The notes below the pieces were generated by a model, which ran no database searches, was not told the origin of the DNA, and was given only the letters and a program-made list of their open reading frames with translations. A program made the position numbers and the translations under genes. Positions 14,051-26,164 of a stretch of 64,000 bases of DNA are shown piece after piece. Origin of the DNA: Takakia lepidozioides (Eukaryota; Plantae; Bryophyta); the NCBI GenBank assembly GCA_030704615.1, contig CM060732.1:38254001-38318000 (forward strand), read 5' to 3'. Numbering within the stretch: the first letter of the stretch is position 1; the number at the start of each line of letters is the position of its first letter.

Positions 14051-14409
14051 TTTGTGACATGAATGTTATACCTGGCAAGCAAGGCCTTGGCTTCATCCAC
14101 AATTGCAATGGATCCTACTAGTTGATTGAGGAAGAGGTGAACCACTTATCAGTAGATAAATTTAGGAAATGCATAAATGCCTATATGACCCGATGCACAT
14201 TTAAACCTAGCACGCAAGGACTGACGTTCTCCTCCTTTGATCTCAGGAAATTTTTTTGTAAGATAGACCACTCTTCTGACAGCAATCCGTCACTTAAACA
14301 AGATGTTACCCTCCCCATCATGAAGTATCCTGTCATTTCATTTCATTTCTTTCTGGTGTCCCTTGGGCCCCCTTGTCCTTCCGTGAATGTAATTTCTTTT
14401 CCTTCCTTC

Positions 14410-15057
14410 CATTTTGTCCCATAAGCACTTTGACCTTTCCGCGGACGTTATAAAGTACCATTTCATTTCATTTCATTCTTTCTTCCCTCTCAGTTTCTCT
14501 TGTTGTTCTGCTGTGGTTCATAGGCCCTCTTCAGGGCTCGGATGGATGCACCTTTCTGAAACTTAGAAATCAGCTACTTATTTCTATTTTCTTCTTCCAT
14601 CTCTTCCCTTGCTCAGGCAGTCTGATTGGCAGTGTAATCACAAGTTACATCTCGGTCAGAGTGGGGCAGGAATCAATTTTCTAGCATGATGTATATTTTA
14701 ACCCTTTAAGTACACTCACGTCCTTGTAATGGATTATTTTAGCTTTGCACAAAATCCCCAAAACTCCTCGTCCCAGAAGCTCTTTGAGATTTCCGTGGAC
14801 GTTATAGAGTACTATCTGATTTCTCCCTTCCTCCCGTGGATGTAAGATTCTTTCTTTCCCTTTTTATGACTCCAAATGTCTCCTTCTATAACACTTTTCA
14901 GCTATCATCTTCCCTAGTATACCGAGTTTCACCTTGGTTGAATTTGAGAGATTCAGATTTGAATTAACTTTCTTATGTTTTTCTTTCCATTTTGTCCCAC
15001 AAGCTCTATGAGCTTTCTGCGGACGTTATAAAGCACCATTTCATTTCATTTCATTTC
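14410..15057 (+). mobile_element. Cluster of three very short LINE 3' tails (14410-14477, ~14770-14822, ~14975-15057)
   Basis: Same ttttgtccca-aagctctatgagcttt-gcggacgttataaagcac(CATTT)n terminus as 3921-3985. Confidence 0.75.
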
Positions 15058-15074
15058 CCTACGTGATCATATAG

Positions 15075-15508
15075 GTAGTAGCTGACAAGGTGCCAAATTT
15101 GCTGGACTTTCACAAAGACCTGCCACACTTGGAAGCTGCAACTAAGGTGGTCTCCTTCGACCCAACGTCTTACCCATGTGTAGTTTGACAAACGTTCCCC
15201 AAATTTTCAAATATCTTTCAAGCTATGTTTGTGTTCTGGTGCTTCTGACCTCTCCATCTCTAGTCTATCAACAAGGTTGCGAACGGGAGAAGTGAATGAT
15301 AGATAGGCATTGTGAGTAATGTATATAGCCATGCCTGCATTGGGGAAAATAGATCAAACCTAACTGGTGAGTGTTAGTTAGTTTGTTGCAGATCCAGCTG
15401 AAGCTGTTAACTGAAGATATGCAAGCTGTAAGCAATGGCTTGGAGAAGGTGAAGCAGGAACTCGCTATCTGTGAGAATGACGGACCTGTCTCTGCTGATT
15501 TTTGCAAG
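15075..15508 (+). pseudogene. Two captured exons of a class II formin FH2 domain (15075-15146, 15392-15508)
   Basis: AG/GT-bounded 72- and 117-nt exons splice in frame to VVADKVPNLLDFHKDLPHLEAATK-IQLKLLTEDMQAVSNGLEKVKQELAICENDGPVSADFCK. No other formin exons seen in the window. Confidence 0.85.
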
Positions 15509-15869
15509 GTTGAACAGGACATACCTCTCTGCTTAGCTATTGAAGAGAAAGTTATTGAGCTCACATTGAATGGAATGTTAGGAATTTGATGTGCATGCTG
15601 TTGTCCACTAAAGTTATGGGTCTCTATCATCCATAGTTCTGGATGAGATAATAGCAGTAATTTGTTGTACTTCGACTCAGTCTTTCTGGCTTGATGGGGT
15701 TCTTCTAAGCACCAACTAGCACCTCTGGGTATTTCTCCCTGGTAGTTCAATACTATGGTTGAAAGAACCTAGTTTTAGATGAGAAAGGGTGATGCTCATT
15801 TGTGTCTCCTCTTCATGAAGATAGTCACTTCTCTGAGCTGCACAACAACACCAAGTATAACCTTGTGAT

Positions 15870-16896
15870 GCTGCTTTTGTACAAGCCTGGCAGCCCTGGA
15901 AAAGGGCAAAGAGGTGCATGGTGACTAGAATTGTACCAAATGTCATTCTGAACACAACCCTGGCAGCTCTGGAAAAGGGCTTGCAAAGAGGTCCATGATG
16001 ACATCGTCAGGGCTGGAATTGTACCAAATGTCATTTTGAACAATACCCTGGTGGGCATGTATGCAAAATGTGGGTGCATCGAGGAGTGTTCGACACTATG
16101 GCTGAACAAGATGTGGTGTCGTGGAGTGCGATGATTGCAGGATATGCACAGCAAGGGCGCGGGATGGAGGCTTTGGAGACCTATGAGCAAATGATGTGCG
16201 AAGGGGTGAAGCCCAACCACAACACGTTTGTGGAACTAGTGTGATAAAATGATAAGGTGAGTTGGGTGTTTCCTAGAACAAATCTAGGCTGTTATTTGTC
16301 GGCTGCTAGCAGCACGGCAAGGATGTATGCATGATTTGTGCAGAGGCGTGGATAGCATGGAAGTAGTTGCACTGTCACATTATCCAAAGTGGATTCATGC
16401 CAAATGTTTTTCTACTCAGCACCCATGTCAAACATGTATGTTAAGTGCAGGAGCATCATGCATGCATGCTCACGAAGTTTTCAACAGAATGCCTCAATGA
16501 TCTTTGATCACGTGGAATATAATGTTGGCAGGATTTACCGAGCATATTGGGTGTGGTAGGAATGCTTTGGAGACCTATGAGCAAATGCTGCGCGAAGGGG
16601 TGAACCCCAACCACATCACATTTGTTTGTGTTTGCAATGCGTGTGCATGCCTGGAAGCTCTGGAAAAGGGGAAAGAGGTCCATGGTGACATCGTCAAAGC
16701 TGGAAATGTACCAGATGTCATTCTGAACACTGCCCTGGTAGACATATATGCCAAATGTGGATGCATTAAAGATGCGAAGGGAGTTTTCAACACTATGGCT
16801 GAACGAGATGTGGTGTCATGGAACGCGATACTTGCAGGGTATGCAGAGCAGGGACATGGTATGGAGGCTTTGGAGACCTATGATCTCCATCAATAG
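15870..16896 (+). pseudogene. PLS-type PPR repeat fragments
   Basis: ORF 16504-16896: ITWNIMLAGF..EQMLREGVNPNHITFVCVCNACACLEALEKGKEVHGDI..LNTALVDIYAKCGCIKDAKGVFNTMAERDVVSWNAILAGY. Confidence 0.9.
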
Positions 16897-16904
16897 CACA
16901 GCGG

Positions 16905-17600
16905 CTACAAGTGGGTAGATGGTCAACTGGAAACAGCAGCGGCAACAGCACAATTCATAGAATAAGGCGCTGCTATTGAAGGTACCTTCTTCAACATATT
17001 TCACCCTGTTTTCCCCTGCTATCAGAGTCATCCCTAAATTTTTATGTTGAATTCTGCAAGTTAGCTCGTTGGTGGATCTATGGTGGGGAGTGATTTTGAT
17101 ATGTTACTGCCAATGTGGTCGACAGGAAAGTATCGAAGAATAGATAACATAGACTCGAGGAGAAGCTCTGGAGTGAATACGTTCCCGACCTCAGTCAATG
17201 GTAGAACAATCGAGGCAAAAGGTGAATGTCTGTTGGAAGCAGACGCATAGGAACTAGTATGATAACTAGGGTTGGGGTGTTTGCTCAAGCAATTCTAGGT
17301 TGTCATTGTCAGCTGCTAGCAGCAAGACGAGGATGTATGCATGATTTTGTGCAGGGGCATGGATAGCTGAAGGAGCAAGGATAGAGTGTGGGTCCAGATT
17401 CATCCAGGAGGGCCGGATTTCAAGCTCCAGATTACCTATGATTCCTTGTGGAAGGATAAGTACAAGAAACCTGCATGGGTAGATGGTCAATTGGAAGCCG
17501 CCGCAGGCAGCGGCACAATTGATCAAATCAGGCACTGTTAATCAAGGCACCTTCTTCAACACATTTCACCCTGTTTTTTCCTCTTATCAGAATTGGCCGT
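16905..17600 (+). pseudogene. Second OSB-like PDF-motif module
   Basis: 17401 onward reads HPGGPDFKLQITYDSLWKDKYKKPAWVDGQLE; a WxxYxxDxxQW-DNR-like segment lies at 17160-17215. Confidence 0.65.
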
Positions 17601-18535
17601 CTCCAGAAGTATTGCTCTGTTTAACAAGGTCCTTGATTCAGCTAGTAGCGTCAGAACAAACTAATACTACAACAATTCAGCCCAGGTGTGGGCTTGCTTA
17701 TTTTTTGCTTACTGGGCCTTTTCAGGCATGAATTTTTGGACCTTGTGGCCTTTGAGGTGTCCATTGGGACATTGGTCTCATTTGGATTTTTGTAATATAA
17801 TTTACAGGACGTGTATTCCCCTGTACTGGTCTATTTTGATTGTCTTGTGGTTGCTAGTATGCAGGAGGGGCATTCTGTTTTTATATCGGAATTTCACCAT
17901 GTAATGAAGAATTTAAATCATTTAATATTTTTTATTTTTTATAATATTATTAAATTAAACAATACTACCATTTAATAAAATTTTCCAAGCTGCTATTCCC
18001 CTATTTTGTAAATAAAATATAAGTTTAAGAATTTAAAATTACAAATATAAACTATTAAATTATTTTCAAAGAACATTCTTGATGACACGTGGCATAAACC
18101 CTGCTCGAACTAGAACACGTGGCATTATATGACACGACATTCTTTTATCCATATTTTCACCATGTGTAAAGATAAGTAGTCATATATGCTAGTCATATAT
18201 TCTGTCTAAGTGCCACATGTTACATCTGAAGTGCAACAGGTGTCATGACTTGTCGCCTGCGTAGTGGTGCACGTGTTCATCTAAAGCCTCTCCATGTAGG
18301 CAACGCTCAGCAGACAATGTAGTCATATGTAAGTCATAGAGTTATGACTACATCCCTCTCTTATGTATGACTCCAGGTGCCACGCACGCAGTCACGACTA
18401 TGACTCGCAAAACACAGTCCTAAAGACTAGTCGCTATGACAGGGTTTTTTTCACTACAGAGTGATGTAGTCATGAACGCATATAGGACTGAAAAAATAGT
18501 CATATGTGTAGTAATAAAAACGTTCATCTATTGTA

Positions 18536-19474
18536 GTGCGTGTTCCATTGTTGATTCCAGGGGTTCCTGTTCCTGACATTGAAAGACCTACCTCCTCAGG
18601 CTCTAACTACTCAGCGTATGTCAGGGCAGAAGCGGCCTTTGAAGAAAGAGCTTTGTATTCGGCTCGTGGCTCAGTGAGTTCGGGCTCTTTGCCAAGTGGT
18701 GACCCTGACAAAGCTGATTACGGTTTGGGCTACGTTAAGTCTGCTTACGATCTTGAGGGGCTGCCTGATGTTAACTCGCAAATCCAGGATTCTCTTGTGT
18801 TTGACAGTGAGCAGCTCGAGTTGAGCAGTGACGACTTGGTGTGGATCGATAAATCTGAATCTCGATTTTTTGTGGACGTCTCACGTTTTTCAGCTACTGA
18901 ACGGGCGAGAGTCTCTGTCTGGATTAGCGATCCTGCTTTACTGGTGAGGGAAGTCCATAGTGTGGTTGACAAAGAGCTAGCTGTGAGGAGACAGTTCAAG
19001 GTGCCTATCCCCGAACTCAAAAGTCGATTTTTGTCTTACGGTGCCTTGGAATTCAGGCAGTTTAGGCTTTGCGAACAAATCTTTGTTCAATCCCTTGACG
19101 TTCCGCCGGTGTCCTGCGATTTTGTGGATCCCTGGCATTTGGCTTTGTTCACCAGTGGCATTGGTGCGATTTTGTTACGATTGTTAAGATTTGGGAGTCT
19201 TGCGGTGTGTACACCTACTACCCGTGACCTTGTTGATTCTCTCACGGGTCATAGTGAGAAGGCTCTTCAAGGAGATCTTGTTATTCTTCCTAACGAGCGA
19301 TTCGCTCTCCGCTGGATTCGCAAACTGAACGTTTTTTACTACATCGGGCATTGGCCGCCGAGCATTGTCTTGTCTCAAACTTGGAGAAGCGACCGTTACT
19401 GGGGGTCAGACTACACCTTGTATGTGGGTTTTTGGTTCAAGAATTCCCGGGTGGAATTGGTTGGCTCTTGCTGA
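18536..19474 (+). CDS. Extra ORF upstream of gag in the LTR element, unknown function; 5' part interrupted by the CACTA
   Basis: 312 open codons starting at the CACTA right end. The frame continues into 12430-12501 when the CACTA and one TSD are removed. Confidence 0.55.
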   Translation: MRVPLLIPGVPVPDIERPTSSGSNYSAYVRAEAAFEERALYSARGSVSSGSLPSGDPDKADYGLGYVKSAYDLEGLPDVNSQIQDSLVFDSEQLELSSDDLVWIDKSESRFFVDVSRFSATERARVSVWISDPALLVREVHSVVDKELAVRRQFKVPIPELKSRFLSYGALEFRQFRLCEQIFVQSLDVPPVSCDFVDPWHLALFTSGIGAILLRLLRFGSLAVCTPTTRDLVDSLTGHSEKALQGDLVILPNERFALRWIRKLNVFYYIGHWPPSIVLSQTWRSDRYWGSDYTLYVGFWFKNSRVELVGSC

Positions 19475-19981
19475 GCACGATCAAGAGACACACAAGCTTT
19501 TGAGGATTGTGACTCCACAAGCTTGGCAGTGTACCACTATGGTGGAAGTTGGAGATCTCTAAAGGTGGTGATTCCTAACTAATGTTCAACTCGCCCAATA
19601 GCCGTTGGTTGCGTTCAGGTAGAAATAGGATATCTGCTGCTCCTGTGTTATCTCCAGTCACTGAGCCTCAACGTAGGACTTTTGTAGAGTCAGATTTGGT
19701 ATCAATGGAAGAAGGATTTAGTGGGGTTGATGGTAGAAATCAGGTTAGGGCTTCCAATGGTCTTGGACTTGCGGCAGCCACTAGCACCAGGCCTGGCTTG
19801 GGTGGTAGAATTCGGGAAAACTAGGATGTTGCAGATGATACAAGGGCCAACCTGTATGCCATGGATTTCCATGCACGACGGATGGACGGCTTGGATCGCA
19901 TAGGGGAGTCACCTGCAGGTCAGCCTAGCATCTCAGTTTCGAGTTCCGCTCTACCGACAAAATTGAGGCCTATTTCCTTGC

Positions 19982-21230
19982 ATGACAATCCAATTTCAAG
20001 GTATGTCTATCACCTCCTCTCGTGCATCTCATCCTTTGTACGTGGCTAGTGAGTCCGCTTGGTCTGGCCCTGTGCGAAGCCAAGTGCTTGCACAGAGTCA
20101 ACCAGCTCTTCAGTCATGGTGCAGTACCCCACCTACTATACCACTCTCGCGGGCTATGGGAGGGATGGCAGTTCATGAGGATGGAGGTGCGAGGTCAAGT
20201 CACAATAATTTGGGAATTCAGCCAGTGGCTTTTCAGGGACATGTAGATGTTAGTCATGTATACCATGTAGCGCCGGTGATTACTTATGCCTATCCTAAGT
20301 ATAACATGGGAAAGAAGATAGAGAATTTTCTGGAATTGTTTGAAGTCAGTGCTCAAATGAACAAAGCTACGGAAGAGGTCATGATAGGTACATTCCGCAT
20401 GAGCATGCAAGGAGAAGCTAGTGATTTGTTGCATGTTGCTTTGAATGGTGAAGAAAACCTGACTTGCGCCAAGGTTAAAAGAAGGGCACTCATGATCTTT
20501 AAACCTGCGGAGAGGCCTTTGGATAGCCTTGACAAACTTTGTGGCCGGCCATACAATGAGGGTGAGTCTCTTTGGCAATACTTTTTAGGTCTAAGGGCTG
20601 CTGATGTTGAACAAGTGCCTGAAGTTGTTGTTATTAGGGAGAGGTTGCTAAGACAACACTTCTTGATAGGCATGCCAGCAGAAGTGAAAGCCTGGGGACA
20701 ACGTCGTACTTTCAGGGATAGTGATGAGATGTTGCATGAGGTTAGTCTTAAGCTTATGGACCTGGCTGAAGCAAAACAAAGGCGACACCATGTGAAATTT
20801 CAGATCCCTTATATGGATCATGAAGACACCATGGCCGCCACATTTGATGAGAGAGAGACCTCTCCTGTAGGATCTGAGTCTAGTGACTCTGCTTTGCAAG
20901 AATTGGCTCACACTGTGGGTGAGTTGGGAATGAGTATAGCCACTCAATTTGCAGCCTTGAAGGCTGATTAGCAGAGGACTGAGTGGAGACCTAGAGACCA
21001 GCAAAGAGCTGAATACAAACCGAGAGATCAGCAGAGAGGTAAAGGTGGAGGGTTCAGAGGAAAGACACAAACAGGGGCTACTTATGAGAGGAAGTTTGCT
21101 CCTTGTTATATTTGTGGTAGTGATGAGCATTACACTAAGGTATCTCCTGACCGTGAGGGCTATGCTGATTATATCAAAGAGAAGAAGAAGGCAGGGTCTT
21201 CCAACCAGGCTGCCCACATACATTTAAACT
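19982..21230 (+). pseudogene. gag: gag (capsid plus degenerate zinc knuckle)
   Basis: PKYNMGKKIENFLELFE..MQGEA..ERLLRQHFLIGMP; after an in-frame stop, CYICGSDEHYTKVS at ~21104-21146. Confidence 0.85.
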
Positions 21231-21241
21231 AAAAAGATCTT

Positions 21242-21862
21242 TTGGGCAGGGGACGAGGTCATGGGAAGCAGCACCCTGTTGATGCAAGTAAGAAGAGGGT
21301 CATGTTGTCAACTAACTTTAAGGCTTTGCATTGTGAACTAGCCAAGAAATGTCAAGTGCCTGACATAAGTCCCTTGATCACACAATGTCATGTGCATCAT
21401 TTGAGTTTTCCATGTATTGTAGATACTGGATGTACCATGTCTGCCATCCCCTTGCAAAAAGTGAGAGTCTTGGGCCTCAAGTTGACCCCTGCACAAGGCA
21501 TGGAGGTCATCATTGCAGATGGGTCAAGGTATGAGCCCTTGGGGCTGGTCACTATCCCTATTAGAATTCACAAGAAAAATGTCTTGATTACTTGCATAGT
21601 TACAGTATGAGACCAGTTCTTATTGGGATTGGATTGGATGACAGGGGCTCAAGCTACCATCAACCTTGGTGACAACTCCCTAAGATTTCCCAATGGGGAA
21701 GGACATGAAGTTATAGTGCCTCTCAAGACTGTCAAGATGCATGCAGGCATTGCTACTGCCAACCTTTTCCAAGTTCAAGCCATGGTAAGGGAGGTAAGGC
21801 AAATGACTCACCACAACATGTCTTGGCTGGATTTTTACAAATACAAGCCAGATCTTGCTTGA
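21242..21862 (+). pseudogene. Aspartic protease region
   Basis: CIVDTGCTMSAI..IIADGS..LGLDWM; disrupted by a stop. Confidence 0.9.
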
Positions 21863-21912
21863 TGTATGAGTGACATATACCTAGCTCTGGTCAAAAGTCT
21901 GGTGCTCCCATT

Positions 21913-22210
21913 GTGGTGCAAAAGAATAGTACGTTGATTAGAGCTCCATGTGATGTCACTATTCCACCTATGTGCCAGAGAGTGGTCAAGACCCAATTGG
22001 CCTATCTTTGTCCTAAGGGACACTACCTTGAGGTTGATGGATGGAGGAGGCTTATTGCCTTAAAGCATTGTGTTGTTGCTACTGGGGTTCTTGATAGAGG
22101 TTACAAAGATGAAGTCAAGCTTCTTATAGCCAGTCCTGAAAGGTTTCATGTGACCATCAAGAAGGGGCAAGTGCTTGCTAGAATTTCTGCCCGTCCCTTA
22201 GAAGAGATTG
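21913..22210 (+). CDS. dUTPase-like domain within pol
   Basis: IRAPCDVTIPPMCQRVVKTQLAYLCPKGHYLEV..IALKH..VATGVLDRGYKDEVKLLI..IKKGQVLARI follows trimeric dUTPase motifs; motif III GVIDxDYxGE is recognisable, motifs I and II are diverged. Confidence 0.75.
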
Positions 22211-22298
22211 GTGAAGTCCAGCCTACTTTTGGTTTTGAAGCCTTAAGCATTGTCCATGATCAATCAGATCTGCTTTTTCCAGCCACTCTTCTCCTACC

Positions 22299-23672
22299 AT
22301 GAGCTTCAAGAATAGACTCAATGCTCAAGAAAGAGAAGCCATTGCCAAAGTCCTTGGTGAGATCAAACTCAACCCCTTACTTGAGGAAGCCCAAAAGAAA
22401 CAAGTTGAGACCTTGATAGCTCACAACCTGGATGTGTTCAGTCTTGGAGCTTCTGACCTTGGGAAGACCAATATCCTGCAGCATGACATTGAGACTGAGG
22501 GACATCCTGTCAAGCAATTTGCCTATAGAGAGAGTGTGAAAGAGAGGGCTATTGTGCAAGAGGAAATCAAAAAAATGCTTGATGCTGGTGTGATTAAGCC
22601 TTCCATCTCTCCTTGGGCCAGTCCCACAGTCCTTGTAGGGAAGAAAGATGGAAGTACTTGCTTCTGTGTGGACTTCAAGCGTCTCAATACAGCCGCCAAG
22701 AAAGATGCATATCCCCTCCCCAGGATCAATGAGACCCTTGACATGTTACATGGAGGCACTGTGTTTTCTTGCTTAGACTTGGCCTTTGGATTTTGGCAAG
22801 TGCCTCTAACTGAGGAAGCAAAAGAGAAAACCTCCTTTGTCTGTAGGATGGGCAAATACCAGTATGGGACCATGCCTTTTGGTTTGTGCAATGCAACTTC
22901 TACCTTCCAGCGCCTAATGGATAGTGTCCTTGGAAATTTGAGGTGGGAGTGTGCTTTGATATACATTGATGACATCAATGTATATTCAGCCATCTTTGAA
23001 GCCCATCTTCTTGACTTGCAACGTGTCTTCAGCAGACTTAGAGCTGCAGGGTTAAAGGTTAAGCCAAAGAAATGTGAATTGTGCATGCCTGAGCTTCACT
23101 TCTTGGGTCATGTCCTATCAAAAGAAGGTCTTAAGCCTGATCCTGAGAAGCTTCGCTCTGTCTGGGAGTTTCCCATTCCCAAGGACAAACATTGTGTTAA
23201 ATCCTTCTTTGGTTTGGCTTCTTACTACCGGAGGTTCATCAAACATTTTGCCATGATTGCTTTTGCTTTGACCAAGCTTCTGGCTAAGGATGTTCGCTTT
23301 GAATGGGGCACTTTCCAACAAGTTGCCTTTGAAAGGTTGAAGGTCGCTCTCACCACTGCTCCAGTCCTTATGTTTCCCAAATTTCACCTGCCTTTCAAGA
23401 TGCAAACAGATGCTTCTGATGTTGCCATTTTGTGTCAAGTAGTTGATGGGAAGGAGCATGTCATTGCTTATGCCTCTAGGAAGCTGGACAAGCATGAAAA
23501 GAACTACTCTATCACTGATAAGGAGGGGCTAGCTTTGATCTTTGGTGTTAAACACTACAGGCAGTATTTGCATGGCAGCAAGTTTGTGGTTGAGACTGAT
23601 CATCTTCCCCTTAAGGCATTGCTTCGGCCTCGTGAGTTGTATGGTAGACTGGCACGATGGGCTATGTTCCTG
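22299..23672 (+). pseudogene. pol: Reverse transcriptase-RNase H
   Basis: SPWASP..KKDGS..CVDFKRLN, PFGLCNATSTFQRLM, YIDD, QTDASD, AYASRKL, ETDH. Confidence 0.97.
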
Positions 23673-24042
23673 GGGACAGGCCCTGTTCTTAACCTTTTAT
23701 GTGTTGATCAGCAGCATTTTTTTCTTGATCCATCTAGCTTGGAGATAGCCTTCTTGATGATCCAGGCTGAGTCCCTATATTGCTGGTTTGGATAGTGGAT
23801 CTCATGTCTAAAGCCTTTGTGGGGGGCTGATCTATCCTTCCTTGTTCCTTGTCTTTCTTTTTTCAGCCTTGGTTCGGGTTTGGTGCATCTACTGCTGTAC
23901 TCCGGTGTAGGTTTTGGCAGTGCTTTAAGGCCTGATTTGCCTTCCCATGAGCCATTTCAAATGAGGCAAGGATCTAGTGGCTGGAGATAATATGAGGCAG
24001 ACACTCCATGTCACGCTTACTAAAGCCCATTGAACCTCGCTT

Positions 24043-25300
24043 ATGTGCAGTGTAATCATGGATGATATGCTGCATGCAGCGCTACTCCATCAATGTCTTC
24101 ATGGATATTCACCTGCAGGGCTCCCTGAGAAGTTGAGGAAGCAAGTGTTGTACAATGTGGATGCTCATCGTTGTAGGGATGACAAGTTGTACAAAGTGGG
24201 CACTAAGGATGGGAGTCCTTGCTACTTGGAGGTACCACCACGGAGCCAGTTAAATGCTTTGTTGGAATGCTTTCATGCTTCTTTGTATGCAGGTCATCTT
24301 GGGGTCAAGAAGACTATAGCTCGCATACAAGAGGTGTACTACTCGAAGGGAATTCAAAGAGATGTGACTGCCTTCATCTCCAAGTGTGAGGCATGTCGAT
24401 CTAACCTTGCACTTCCTTGGGTGGGGGTCACTTATAAATTGCAATCCTTGCTTGTGACACATGTCTTTGCTCGAGTTGGTATTGACTTGGTAGGACCTCT
24501 CACTCTCACGTTAAAGGGTCATAGCTATTTTTGGGTAGCTACAGATTACTTGACTAAGTGGGTAGAAGTCTGCCCTATGGTTACCAAGGATTCTGACTCG
24601 GTAGCACAACTCTTCTTTGAGGAGATTGTGATGAGGCATGGTTGTCCTCTTGAGGTCATTACTGATAATGGCCGGGAGTTTTGCAATGACATCTTGAATA
24701 TCATATGCTTTAACTTTGGAATCAAGCATGTGACTAGAGCCCCCTACCATCCTCAAACCAATGGTTTGACGGAGCATTTCAATCAGACTTTCTGCCGAAT
24801 GTTGGAGAAGAATGGCGAGCTTGCAAGGGAGTGGGACATCTTCATTCCTCCTCTGGTCTTTGCTTATCGCACTACTGTTCATGCTAGCAAGAGGAAAACT
24901 CCTTTTGAGTTGCTTTATGGTAGACGCTGTGTCTCTCCTTTGGATCCTACTCCATTGATTTCCACTGTTTCTGAGCCTGCTGACTTGACTAATTTTGTAG
25001 AAAGGGTGCATGCTAGGCATATGGTCTCGGTTAATGAGGCTAAGGCTAACATTGTTCTTGCTCAAGCAGTACATGCTAGGAATTTTAACAAGCGGGTTAA
25101 GTACTCAGATCACTTCCATGAGGGACAGACTGTGTGCCTACGTCTTCCGTAGGGGCAGCATGCATGTAAATCTAAGCGGAAGATCGATGGTCCTTATTTG
25201 TTGTACAAGTTGCTTCGTGGGAGACGTGCTTTGATTTTGCCGCAGGGACACAATACGAAAGCACATGAGGAGCCAGTGGCACTTGCAGATTTGATTCATT
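24043..25300 (+). pseudogene. Integrase
   Basis: HASLYAGHLG..CEAC zinc finger; GIDLVGP, ITDNGREF, HPQTNGLTE (DDE); GPY-like DGPYLL after a stop. Confidence 0.95.
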
Positions 25301-25636
25301 CGGAGCTGGCTTTTGACTTGACATGCATCAATGTTGAGGGGCGTTCGGTGGTGTTCACTCCTCGTGGTGCAGGTGCTATGGAGACTTCGATTTCATAGGA
25401 GACTTTTGGACTTGGACATCTCTTCATTTTCAGATTGTAGTATTCTTCCATAGTTGTTTTGTAGTCTAGTTTTAGACTTAGCATGAAGTTCCAACTTGTC
25501 CACACACGTAAGGTTTTCCTTTGCATGGGTTTTGTCCCACCGGGTTTTCCCATGAAAGGTTTTTCACCCTGCGACGTTGGGGAACTTCATGGCGGGGTAA
25601 CATCCTTATATTTTACCTCGCGGAGCTCGGATTTTT

Positions 25637-25647
25637 AAGGGGGGGGG
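25637..25647 (+). promoter_or_regulatory. Polypurine tract
   Basis: AAGGGGGGGGG just upstream of the 3' LTR. Confidence 0.85.
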
Positions 25648-26164
25648 AGCCTTCACATATGTGATGGCTCATGTTCTCCTGCCCTGACTTTCAGCCTATT
25701 CATCATTGTCTGACAGGTTCATCCCATGCCATTAGTATTTACGGCGGGAGACCGTTATATACAGCCTGACCTTTACTTGTTTGAGGTTATCCTAGAGCTT
25801 TGTGGCTGCATGTAGCCCCTTCATTGGTCTATGGGCCAGATCTGTTTGTAATCTAGGCAACCCGTGGCATGCTGCCACGTGGGGGTATTGCCTCACCCTA
25901 GGTTTTGGGTATAAGCTTGTTCCTGACCTTGAGTCGGGGCCCTTCTTCTCGTATGTACAACCTGATGTACGGGCTTCTAGACGTGCTCTGTGAGCTTTGG
26001 ATGTGTGTGTGTTAGCTCTGCATATGCTGTACGTGGGATCCTCTACATGTTCATCGAGCTTCTCGTGCTGTAAAGCCCGCTCCTTCCGAGCTCTTACACC
26101 CCTAGTTTAATGTGCACTTGTGAGGACGGGAGAATCTCATTCAAGCACAAAATAAGCCTTCACA
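25648..26164 (+). repeat. 3' LTR, with extra AGCCTTCACA at both ends
   Basis: AGCCTTCACATA + LTR body (25660-26154) + AGCCTTCACA. Confidence 0.9.

Larger units (their letters stand above)
12502..18538. mobile_element. Non-autonomous CACTA element carrying gene fragments, nested in the LTR element
   Basis: TIRs CACTACAAGAGATGAGCGTTTTTA / TAAAAACGTTCATCTATTGTAGTG (22/24 match). 3-bp TSD CGT (12499-12501 / 18539-18541). ATGACTA/TAGTCAT subterminal repeats. No transposase. Confidence 0.93.
11623..26164 (+). mobile_element. Ty3/gypsy LTR retrotransposon (no chromodomain seen), full length, degenerate
   Basis: Ends TG..CA with a 4-bp TSD ATCT (11619-11622 / 26165-26168). Two ~500-bp LTRs, PBS, PPT, and domain order gag-PR-dUTPase-RT-RH-IN. 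Confidence 0.95.

Noticed and set aside
15075-15508. Formin exons as part of a functional long-intron host gene
   Set aside because: They lie inside a TSD-bounded CACTA within an LTR element, and no flanking formin exons are seen.
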